Origin: the human T2T-CHM13v2.0 reference genome, Homo sapiens
Assembly (NCBI RefSeq): GCF_009914755.1
Contig: NC_060934.1
Length of the DNA: 64,000 bases
Reading direction: 5' to 3' (one strand)
The notes under the pieces were generated by a model. It was not told where the DNA came from. It did not search any database and saw only the letters and a list, made by a program, of their open reading frames with translations. The stretch's first letter is position 1; every line of letters starts with the position of its first letter. Positions 1 through 10,400 of the stretch are shown here, one piece after another. Both the position numbers and the translations under genes were made by a program.

Positions 1-338
1 TTCGTTGGAAGCGGGATTTCTCATTTACTGCTAGACAGAAGAATTCTCAGTAAATCCTTTGTGTTGTGTGTATTCAACTCACAGAGTGGAACCTTCCTTT
101 ATTCAGAGCAGTTTTGAAAAACACTTTTTGTGGAATTTGCAAGTGGAGATTTCAAGCGATTTGACGCCAATCTTAGACATGGAAATATCTTCATATTAAA
201 AGTACACAGAGTCATTCGTAGAAACTAGTTTGTGATGTGTGCCTTCAACTCACAGAGTTTAACCTTTCTTTTCATAGAGCAGTTTGGAAACACTCTATTT
301 GTAAAGTCTGCAAGTGGATATTTGGACCTCTTTGAGGC

Positions 339-355
339 CTTCGTTGGAAACGGGA
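339..355 (+). promoter_or_regulatory. CENP-B box (representative, dimer B)
   Basis: CTTCGTTGGAAACGGGA, an exact match to the 17-bp CENP-B box. Confidence 0.97.
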
Positions 356-676
356 TTTCTTCATATAATGCTAGACAGAAGAATTCTCAGTAACTTCTTT
401 GTGTTGTGTGTATTCAACTCACAGAGTTGAACCTTTCTTTAGAGGGAGCAGAGGTGAAACACTCTTTTTGTGGAATTTGCTAGTGTAGATTTCAAACGCT
501 TCGAAGACAGTGATAGAAAAGGATATATCTTCGTATTAAAAGTAGACAAAATCATTCTCAGAAAACTCTTTGTGATGTGTGTGTTCAACTCACAGAGTTT
601 AACCTTTCTTTAATCGAGCAGTTTGGAAATACACTCTTTGTAAGTCTGCAGGTGGATATTTGGCCCTCTTTGAGCC

Positions 677-693
677 CTTCGTTGGAAACGGGA
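677..693 (+). promoter_or_regulatory. CENP-B box (representative, dimer C; often mutated in other copies)
   Basis: CTTCGTTGGAAACGGGA. Confidence 0.97.
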
Positions 694-844
694 TTTCCTC
701 ATATAATGCTAGACAGAAGAATTCTCAGTAACTTCTTTGTGTTGTTTGTATTCAACACACAGATTTGAACCTTCCTTTAGAGAGAGCAGATTTGAAACAC
801 TCTGTTTTTGGAATTTGCAAGTGCAGATTTCAAGCGCTTCTAGG

Positions 845-861
845 CCTATGGCAGAAAAGGA
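845..861 (+). other. pJ-alpha-like (A-box) site of the non-CENP-B monomer in dimer C
   Basis: CTATGGCAGAAAAGGAA-like motif about half a dimer downstream of the CENP-B box. The equivalent sites in dimers A, B and D are more diverged. Coordinates are approximate. Confidence 0.55.
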
Positions 862-1016
862 AATATCTTCATATAAAAACTACACAGAATCATTCTCAAC
901 AACTACTTTGTGATGTGTGCGTTCAACTCACAGAGGTTAACCTTTCTTTTCATAGAGCAGTTTGGAAACACTCTGTTTGTAAAGCCTGCAAGTGCTTTTT
1001 TGGACTTCATTGAGGC

Positions 1017-1033
1017 CTTCGTTGGAAACGGGA
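1017..1033 (+). promoter_or_regulatory. CENP-B box (representative, dimer D)
   Basis: CTTCGTTGGAAACGGGA. Confidence 0.97.
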
Positions 1034-1356
1034 TTTCTTCATATAATGCTAGACAGAAGAATTCTCAGTCACTTCTTTGTGTTGTGTGTATTCAAGTCAC
1101 AGAGTTGAACCTTCCTTTAGACAGAGCAGTTTTGAAAAATTCTTTCTGTGGAGTTTGCAAGTGGAGATTTCAAGCGATTTGAGGCTAATCTTTGAAATGG
1201 AAATATCTTCGTGGAAAAACTACACAGAATCATTCTCAGAAACTGCTTTGTCATCTGTGCGTTCAGTTCACAGAGTTTCACCTTTCTCTTCATAGAGCAG
1301 TTTGGAAAGACTCTGTCTGTAAAGTCTGCAAGTGATTAGTTAGACCCCTTTGAGGC

Positions 1357-1373
1357 CTTCGTTGGAAGCGGGA
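1357..1373 (+). promoter_or_regulatory. CENP-B box (representative, dimer A, GAAGC variant)
   Basis: CTTCGTTGGAAGCGGGA; the TTCG, A and CGGG core positions are intact. Confidence 0.97.
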
Positions 1374-2714
1374 TTTCTCATTTACTGCTAGACAGAAGAA
1401 TTCTCAGTAAATCCTTTGTGTTGTGTGTATTCAACTCACAGAGTGGAACCTTCCTTTATTCAGAGCAGTTTTGAAACACTCTTTTTGTGGAATTTGCAAG
1501 TGGAGATTTCAAGCGATTTGACGTCAATCTTAGACATGGAAATATCTTCATATTAAAAGTACACAGAATCATTCGTAGAAACTAGTTTGTGATGTGTGCC
1601 TTCAACTCACAGAGTTTAACCTTTCTTTTCATAGAGCAGTTCGGAAACATTCTATTTGTAAAGTCTGCAAGTGGATATTTGGACCTCTTTGAGGCCTTCG
1701 TTGGAAAAGGGATTTCTTCATATAACGCTAGACAGAAGAATTCTCAGTAACTTCTTTGTGTTGTGTGTATTCAACTCACAGAGTTGAACCTTTCTTTAGA
1801 GAGAGCAGAGTTGAAACACTCTTTTTGTGGAATTTGCTAGTGCAGATTTCAAACGCTTCGAAGACAGTGATAGAAAAGGATATATCTTCGTATTAAAACT
1901 AGACAAAATCATTCTCAGAAAACACTTTGTGATGTGTGTGTTCAACTCACAGAGTTTAACCTTTCTTTAATCGAGCAGTTTGGAAATACACTCTTTGTAA
2001 GTCTGCAGGTGGATAATTGGCCCTCTTTGAGCCCTTCATTGGAAACGGGATTTCCTCATATAATGCTAGACAGAAGAATTCTCAGTAACTTCTGTGTGTT
2101 GTTTGTATTCAACTCACAGATTTGAACCTTCCTTTAGAGAGAGCAGATTTGAAACACTCTGTTTTTGGAATTTGCAAGTGCAGATTTCAAGCGCTTCTAG
2201 GCCTATGGCAGAAAAGTAAATATCTTCGTATAAAAACTACACAGAATCATTCTCAACAACTACTTTGTGATGTGTGCGTTAAACTCACAGAGTTTAACCT
2301 TTCTTTTCATAGAGCAGTTTGGAAACACTCTGTTTGTAAAGCCTGCAAGTGCTTTTTTGGACTTCATTGAGGCCTTCGTTGGAAACGGGATTTCTTCATA
2401 TAATGCTAGACAGAAGAATTCTCAGTCACTTCTTTGTGTTGTGTGTATTCAAGTCACAGAGTTGAACCTTCTTTTAGACAGAGCAGTTTTGAAAAATTCT
2501 TTCTGTGGAATTTGCAAGTGGAGATTTCAAGCGATTTGAGGCTAATCTTTGAAATGGAAATATCTTCGTGTAAAAACTACACAGAATCATTCTCAGAAAC
2601 TGCTTTGTCATCTGTGCGTTCAGTTCACAGAGTTTCACCTTTCTCTTCATAGAGCAGTTTGGAAAGACTCTGTCTGTAAAGTCTGCAAGTGATTAGTTAG
2701 AACCCTTTGAGGCC

Positions 2715-4411
2715 TTCGTTGGAAGCGGGATTTCTCATTTACTGCTAGACAGAAGAATTCTCAGTAAATCCTTTGTGTTGTGTGTATTCAACTCACAGAG
2801 TGGAACCTTCCTTTATTCAGAGCAGTTTTGAAACACTCTTTTTGTGGAATTTGCAAGTGGAGATTTCAAGCGATTTGACGCCAATCTTAGACATGGAAAT
2901 ATCTTCATATTAAAAGTACACAGAGTCATTCGTAGAAACTAGTTTGTGATGTGTGCCTTCAACTCACAGAGTTTAACCTTTCTTTTCATAGAGCAGTTGG
3001 GAAACACTCTATTTGTAAAGTCTGCAAGTGGATATTTGGACCTCTTTGAGGCCTTCGTTGGAAACGGGATTTCTTCATATAACGCTAGACAGAAGAATTC
3101 TCAGTAACTTCTTTGTGTTGAGTGTATTCAACTCACAGAGTTGAACCTTTCTTTAGAGGGAGCAGAGGTGAAACACTCTTTTTGTGGAATTTGCTAGTGT
3201 AGATTTCAAACGCTTCGAAGACAGTGATAGAAAAGGATATATCTTCGTATTAAAAGTAGACAAAATCATTGTCAGAAAACTCTTTGTGATGTGTGTGTTC
3301 AACTCACAGAGTTTAACCTTTCTTTAATCGAGCAGTTTGGAAATACACTCTTTGTAAGTCTGCAGGTGGATATTTGGCCCTCTTTGAGCCCTTCTTTGGA
3401 AACGGGATTTCCTCTTATAATGATAGACAGAAGAATTCTCAGTAACTTCTCTGTGTTGTTTGTATTCAACACACAGATTTGAACCTTCCTTTAGAGAGAG
3501 CAGATTTGAAACACTCTGTTTTTGGAATTTGCAAGTGCAGATTTCAAGCGCTTCTAGGCCTATGGCAGAAAAGGAAATATCTTCGTATAAAAACTACACA
3601 GAATCATTCTCAACAACTACTTTGTGATGTGTGCGTTCAACTCACAGAGTTTAACCTTTCTTTTCATCGAGCAGTTTGGAAACACTCTGTTTGTAAAGCC
3701 TGCAAGTGCTTTTTTGGACTTCATTGAGGCCTTCGTTGGAAACGGGATTTCTTCATACAACGCTAGACAGAAGAATTCTCAGTCACTTCTTTGTGTTGTG
3801 TGTATTCAACTCACAGAGTTGAACCTTTCTTTAGAGAGAGCAGAGTTGAAACACTCTGTTTTTGGAATTTGCAAGTGCAGATTTCAAGCGATTCTAGGGC
3901 TATGGCAGAAAAGGAAATATCTTCGTATAAAAACTACACAGAATCATTCTCAACAACTACTTTGTGATGTGTGCCTTCAACTCACAGAGTTTAACCTTTC
4001 TTTTCATAGAGCAGTTTGGAAACACTCTGTTTGTAAAGCCTGCAAGTGCTTTTTTGGACTTCATTGAGGCCTTCGTTGGAAACGGGATTTCTTCATATAA
4101 TGGTAGACAGAAGAATTCTCAGTCACTTCTTTGTGTTGTGTGTATTCAAGTCACAGAGTTGAACCTTCCTTTAGACAGAGCAGTTTTGAAAAATTCTTTC
4201 TGTGGAGTTTGCAAGTGGAGATTTCAAGCGATTTGAGGCTAATCTTTGAAATGGAAATATCTTCGTGTAAAAACTACACAGAATCATTCTCAGAAACTGC
4301 TTTGTCATCTGTGCGTTCAGTTCACAGAGTTTCACCTTTCTCTTCATAGAGCAGTTTGGAAAGACTCTGTCTGTAAAGTCTGCAAGTGATTAGTTAGACC
4401 CCTTTGAGGCC
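2715..4411 (+). repeat. 10-mer HOR variant A-B-C-C'-D, 1697 bp (also at 7126, 10180, 42421 and ten copies from 15610)
   Basis: An extra 340-bp hybrid dimer C' (TACAACG start, B-like first part, then C-like with GCGATTCTAG) sits between C and D. Period 1697. Confidence 0.93.
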
Positions 4412-7400
4412 TTCGTTGGAAGCGGGATTTCTCATTTACTGCTAGACAGAAGAATTCTCAGTAAATCCTTTGTGTTGTGTGTATTCAACTCACAGAGTGG
4501 AACCTTCCTTTATTCAGAGCAGTTTTGAAAAACACTTTTTGTGGAATTTGCAAGTGGAGATTTCAAGCGATTTGACGCCAATCTTAGACATGGAAATATC
4601 TTCATATTAAAAGTACACAGAGTCATTCGTAGAAACTAGTTTGTGATGTGTGCCTTCAACTCACAGAGTTTAACCTTTCTTTTCATAGAGCAGTTTGGAA
4701 ACACTCTATTTGTAAAGTCTGCAAGTGGATATTTGGACCTCTTTGAGGCCTTCGTTGGAAACGGGATTTCTTCATATAATGCTAGACAGAAGAATTCTCA
4801 GTAACTTCTTTGTGTTGTGTGTATTCAACTCACAGAGTTGAACCTTTCTTTAGAGGGAGCAGAGGTGAAACACTCTTTTTGTGGAATTTGCTAGTGTAGA
4901 TTTCAAACGCTTCGAAGACAGTGATAGAAAAGGATATATCTTCGTATTAAAAGTAGACAAAATCATTCTCAGAAAACTCTTTGTGATGTGTGTGTTCAAC
5001 TCACAGAGTTTAACCTTTCTTTAATCGAGCAGTTTGGAAATACACTCTTTGTAAGTCTGCAGGTGGATATTTGGCCCTCTTTGAGCCCTTCGTTGGAAAC
5101 GGGATTTCCTCATATAATGCTAGACAGAAGAATTCACAGTAACTTCTTTGTGTTGTTTGTATTCAACACACAGATTTGAACCTTCCTTTAGAGAGAGCAG
5201 ATTTGAAACACTCTGTTTTTGGAATTTGCAAGTGCAGATTTCAAGCGCTTCTAGGCCTATGGCAGAAAAGGAAATATCTTCGTATAAAAACTACACAGAA
5301 TCATTCTCAACAACTACTTTGTGATGTGTGCGTTCAACTCACAGAGGTTAACCTTTCTTTTCATAGAGCAGTTTGGAAACACTCTGTTTGTAAAGCCTGC
5401 AAGTGCTTTTTTGGACTTCATTGAGGCCTTCGTTGGAAACGGGATTTCTTCATATAATGCTAGACAGAAGAATTCTCAGTCACTTCTTTGTGTTGTGTGT
5501 ATTCAAGTCACAGAGTTGAACCTTCCTTTAGACAGAGCAGTTTTGAAAAATTCTTTCTGTGGAGTTTGCAAGTGGAGATTTCAAGCGATTTGAGGCTAAT
5601 CTTTGAAATGGAAATATCTTCGTGGAAAAACTACACAGAATCATTCTCAGAAACTGCTTTGTCATCTGTGCGTTCAGTTCACAGAGTTTCACCTTTCTCT
5701 TCATAGAGCAGTTTGGAAAGACTCTGTCTGTAAAGTCTGCAAGTGATTAGTTAGACCCCTTTGAGGCCTTCGTTGGAAGCGGGATTTCTCATTTACTGCT
5801 AGACAGAAGAATTCTCAGTAAATCCTTTGTGTTGTGTGTATTCAACTCACAGAGTGGAACCTTCCTTTATTCAGAGCAGTTTTGAAACACTCTTTTTGTG
5901 GAATTTGCAAGTGGAGATTTCAAGCGATTTGACGCCAATCTTAGACATGGAAATATCTTCATATTAAAAGTACACAGAATCATTCGTAGAAACTAGTTTG
6001 TGATGTGTGCCTTCAACTCACAGAGTTTAACCTTTCTTTTCATAGAGCAGTTCGGAAACATTCTATTTGTAAAGTCTGCAAGTGGATATTTGGACCTCTT
6101 TGAGGCCTTCGTTGGAAAAGGGATTTCTTCATATAACGCTAGACAGAAGAATTCTCAGTAACTTCTTTGTGTTGTGTGTATTCAACTCACAGAGTTGAAC
6201 CTTTCTTTAGAGAGAGCAGAGTTGAAACACTCTTTTTGTGGAATTTGCTAGTGCAGATTTCAAACGCTTCGAAGACAGTGATAGAAAAGGATATATCTTC
6301 GTATTAAAACTAGACAAAATCATTCTCAGAAAACACTTTGTGATGTGTGTGTTCAACTCACAGAGTTTAACCTTTCTTTAATCGAGCAGTTTGGAAATAC
6401 ACTCTTTGTAAGTCTGCAGGTGGATAATTGGCCCTCTTTGAGCCCTTCATTGGAAACGGGATTTCCTCATATAATGCTAGACAGAAGAATTCTCAGTAAC
6501 TTCTGTGTGTTGTTTGTATTCAACTCACAGATTTGAACCTTCCTTTAGAGAGAGCAGATTTGAAACACTCTGTTTTTGGAATTTGCAAGTGCAGATTTCA
6601 AGCGCTTCTAGGCCTATGGCAGAAAAGTAAATATCTTCGTATAAAAACTACACAGAATCATTCTCAACAACTACTTTGTGATGTGTGCGTTAAACTCACA
6701 GAGTTTAACCTTTCTTTTCATAGAGCAGTTTGGAAACACTCTGTTTGTAAAGCCTGCAAGTGTTTTTTTGGACTTCATTGAGGCCTTCGTTGGAAACGGG
6801 ATTTCTTCATATAATGCTAGACAGAAGAATTCTCAGTCACTTCTTTGTGTTGTGTGTATTCAAGTCACAGAGTTGAACCTTCTTTTAGACAGAGCAGTTT
6901 TGAAAAATTCTTTCTGTGGAATTTGCAAGTGGAGATTTCAAGCGATTTGAGGCTAATCTTTGAAATGGAAATATCTTCGTGTAAAAACTACACAGAATCA
7001 TTCTCAGAAACTGCTTTGTCATCTGTGCGTTCAGTTCACAGAGTTTCACCTTTCTCTTCATAGAGCAGTTTGGAAAGACTCTGTCTGTAAAGTCTGCAAG
7101 TGATTAGTTAGAACCCTTTGAGGCCTTCGTTGGAAGCGGGATTTCTCATTTACTGCTAGACAGAAGAATTCTCAGTAAATCCTTTGTGTTGTGTGTATTC
7201 AACTCACAGAGTGGAACCTTCCTTTATTCAGAGCAGTTTTGAAACACTCTTTTTGTGGAATTTGCAAGTGGAGATTTCAAGCGATTTGACGCCAATCTTA
7301 GACATGGAAATATCTTCATATTAAAAGTACACAGAGTCATTCGTAGAAACTAGTTTGTGATGTGTGCCTTCAACTCACAGAGTTTAACCTTTCTTTTCAT

Positions 7401-10400
7401 AGAGCAGTTGGGAAACACTCTATTTGTAAAGTCTGCAAGTGGATATTTGGACCTCTTTGAGGCCTTCGTTGGAAACGGGATTTCTTCATATAACGCTAGA
7501 CAGAAGAATTCTCAGTAACTTCTTTGTGTTGAGTGTATTCAACTCACAGAGTTGAACCTTTCTTTAGAGGGAGCAGAGGTGAAACACTCTTTTTGTGGAA
7601 TTTGCTAGTGTAGATTTCAAACGCTTCGAAGACAGTGATAGAAAAGGATATATCTTCGTATTAAAAGTAGACAAAATCATTGTCAGAAAACTCTTTGTGA
7701 TGTGTGTGTTCAACTCACAGAGTTTAACCTTTCTTTAATCGAGCAGTTTGGAAATACACTCTTTGTAAGTCTGCAGGTGGATATTTGGCCCTCTTTGAGC
7801 CCTTCTTTGGAAACGGGATTTCCTCTTATAATGCTAGACAGAAGAATTCTCAGTAACTTCTCTGTGTTGTTTGTATTCAACACACAGATTTGAACCTTCC
7901 TTTAGAGAGAGCAGATTTGAAACACTCTGTTTTTGGAATTTGCAAGTGCAGATTTCAAGCGCTTCTAGGCCTATGGCAGAAAAGGAAATATCTTCGTATA
8001 AAAACTACACAGAATCATTCTCAACAACTACTTTGTGATGTGTGCGTTCAACTCACAGAGTTTAACCTTTCTTTTCATAGAGCAGTTTGGAAACACTCTG
8101 TTTGTAAAGCCTGCAAGTGCTTTTTTGGACTTCATTGAGGCCTTCGTTGGAAACGGGATTTCTTCATACAACGCTAGACAGAAGAATTCTCAGTCACTTC
8201 TTTGTGTTGTGTGTATTCAACTCACAGAGTTGAACCTTTCTTTAGAGAGAGCAGAGTTGAAACACTCTGTTTTTGGAATTTGCAAGTGCAGATTTCAAGC
8301 GATTCTAGGGCTATGGCAGAAAAGGAAATATCTTCGTATAAAAACTACACAGAATCATTCTCAACAACTACTTTGTGATGTGTGCCTTCAACTCACAGAG
8401 TTTAACCTTTCTTTTCATAGAGCAGTTTGGAAACACTCTGTTTGTAAAGCCTGCAAGTGCTTTTTTGGACTTCATTGAGGCCTTCGTTGGAAACGGGATT
8501 TCTTCATATAATGCTAGACAGAAGAATTCTCAGTCACTTCTTTGTGTTGTGTGTATTCAAGTCACAGAGTTGAACCTTCCTTTAGACAGAGCAGTTTTGA
8601 AAAATTCTTTCTGTGGAGTTTGCAAGTGGAGATTTCAAGCGATTTGAGGCTAATCTTTGAAATGGAAATATCTTCGTGTAAAAACTACACAGAATCATTC
8701 TCAGAAACTGCTTTGTCATCTGTGCGTTCAGTTCACAGAGTTTCACCTTTCTCTTCATAGAGCAGTTTGGAAAGACTCTGTCTGTAAATTCTGCAAGTGA
8801 TTAGTTAGACCCCTTTGAGGACTTCGTTGGAAGCGGGATTTCTCATTTACTGCTAGACAGAAGAATTCTCAGTAAATCCTTTGTGTTGTGTGTATTCAAC
8901 TCACAGAGTGGAACCTTCCTTTATTCAGAGCAGTTTTGAAACACTCTTTTTGTGGAATTTGCAAGTGGAGATTTCAAGCGATTTGACGCCAATCTTAGAC
9001 ATGGAAATATCTTCATATTAAAAGTACACAGAATCATTCGTAGAAACTAGTTTGTGATGTGTGCCTTCAACTCACAGAGTTTAACCTTTCTTTTCATAGA
9101 GCAGTTCGGAAACATTCTATTTGTAAAGTCTGCAAGTGGATATTTGGACCTCTTTGAGGCCTTCGTTGGAAAAGGGATTTCTTCATATAACGCTAGACAG
9201 AAGAATTCTCAGTAACTTCTTTGTGTTGTGTGTATTCAACTCACAGAGTTGAACCTTTCTTTAGAGAGAGCAGAGTTGAAACACTCTTTTTGTGGAATTT
9301 GCTAGTGCAGATTTCAAACGCTTCGAAGAGAGTGATAGAAAAGGATATATCTTCGTATTAAAATTAGACAAAATCATTCTCAGAAAACACTTTGTGATGT
9401 GTGTGTTCAACTCACAGAGTTTAACCTTTCTTTAATCGAGCAGTTTGGAAATACACTCTTTGTAAGTCTGCAGGTGGATAATTGGCCCTCTTTGAGCCCT
9501 TCATTGGAAACGGGATTTCCTCATATAATGCTAGACAGAAGAATTCTCAGTAACTTCTGTGTGTTGTTTGTATTCAACTCACAGATTTGAACCTTCCTTT
9601 AGAGAGAGCAGATTTGAAACACTCTGTTTTTGGAATTTGCAAGAGCAGATTTAAAGCGCTTCTAGGCCTATGGCAGAAAAGGAAATATCTTCGTATAAAA
9701 ACTACACAGAATCATTCTCAACAACTACTTTGTGATGTGTGCGTTCAACTCACAGAGTTTAACCTTTCTTTTCATTGAGCAGTTTGGAAACACTCTGTTT
9801 GTAAAGCCTGCAAGTGCTTTTTTGGACTTCATTGAGGCCTTCGTTGGAAACGGGATTTCTTCATATAATGCTAGACAGAAGAATTCTCAGTCACTTCTTT
9901 GTGTTGTGTGTATTCAAGTCACAGAGTTGAACCTTCTTTTAGACAGAGCAGTTTTGAAAAATTCTTTCTGTGGAATTTGCAAGTGGAGATTTCAAGCGAT
10001 TTGAGGCTAATCTTTGAAATGGAAATATCTTCGTGTAAAAACTACACAGAATCATTCTCAGAAACTGCTTTGTCATCTGTGCGTTCAGTTCACAGAGTTT
10101 CACCTTCCTCTTCATAGAGCAGTTTGGAAAGACTCTGTCTGTAAAGTCTGCAAGTGATTAGTTAGAACCCTTTGAGGCCTTCGTTGGAAGTGGGATTTCT
10201 CATTTACTGCTAGACAGAAGAATTCTCAGTAAATCCTTTGTGTTGTGTGTATTCAACTCACAGAGTGGAACCTTCCTTTATTCAGAGCAGTTTTGAAACA
10301 CTCTTTTTGTGGAATTTGCAAGTGGAGATTTCAAGCGATTTGACGCCAATCTTAGACATGGAAATATCTTCATATTAAAAGTACACAGAGTCATTCGTAG

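Larger units (their letters stand above)
1..1357 (+). repeat. Canonical 8-mer HOR, 1357 bp (dimers A 1-339, B 340-677, C 678-1017, D 1018-1357)
   Basis: TTCG of successive CENP-B boxes lies at 1, 340, 678, 1018 and 1358, and the ORF track repeats at +1357. Other 8-mers start at 1358, 4412, 5769, 8823, 11877, 13234, 33599, 38010, 41064, 49209, 54641 and 59392. Confidence 0.95.
1..8822 (+). repeat. Tandem super-repeat 2 x 4411 bp (8+8+10-mer)
   Basis: Private variants recur at exactly +4411: GAGGTTAAC, GTGGAAAAAC, AAAAGTAAA, GTTAAACTC, TTAGAACCC, CATTGTCAG, CTAGGGC. Confidence 0.93.

Noticed and set aside
334-345. Short palindromes (AGGCCT, GAATTC, TTGCAA, TTCGAA) as hairpin or terminator signals
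   Set aside because: These are ordinary 6-bp dyads of the alphoid monomer, and no extended inverted repeat is visible.
3624-4067. Longer 147-aa Cys-rich ORFs (also 8035, 11089, 31792, 43330)
   Set aside because: They arise from a single TAA-to-TCA/TTA change in C' that fuses two spurious ORFs. The CxxC-like patterns reflect TGTG-rich DNA.
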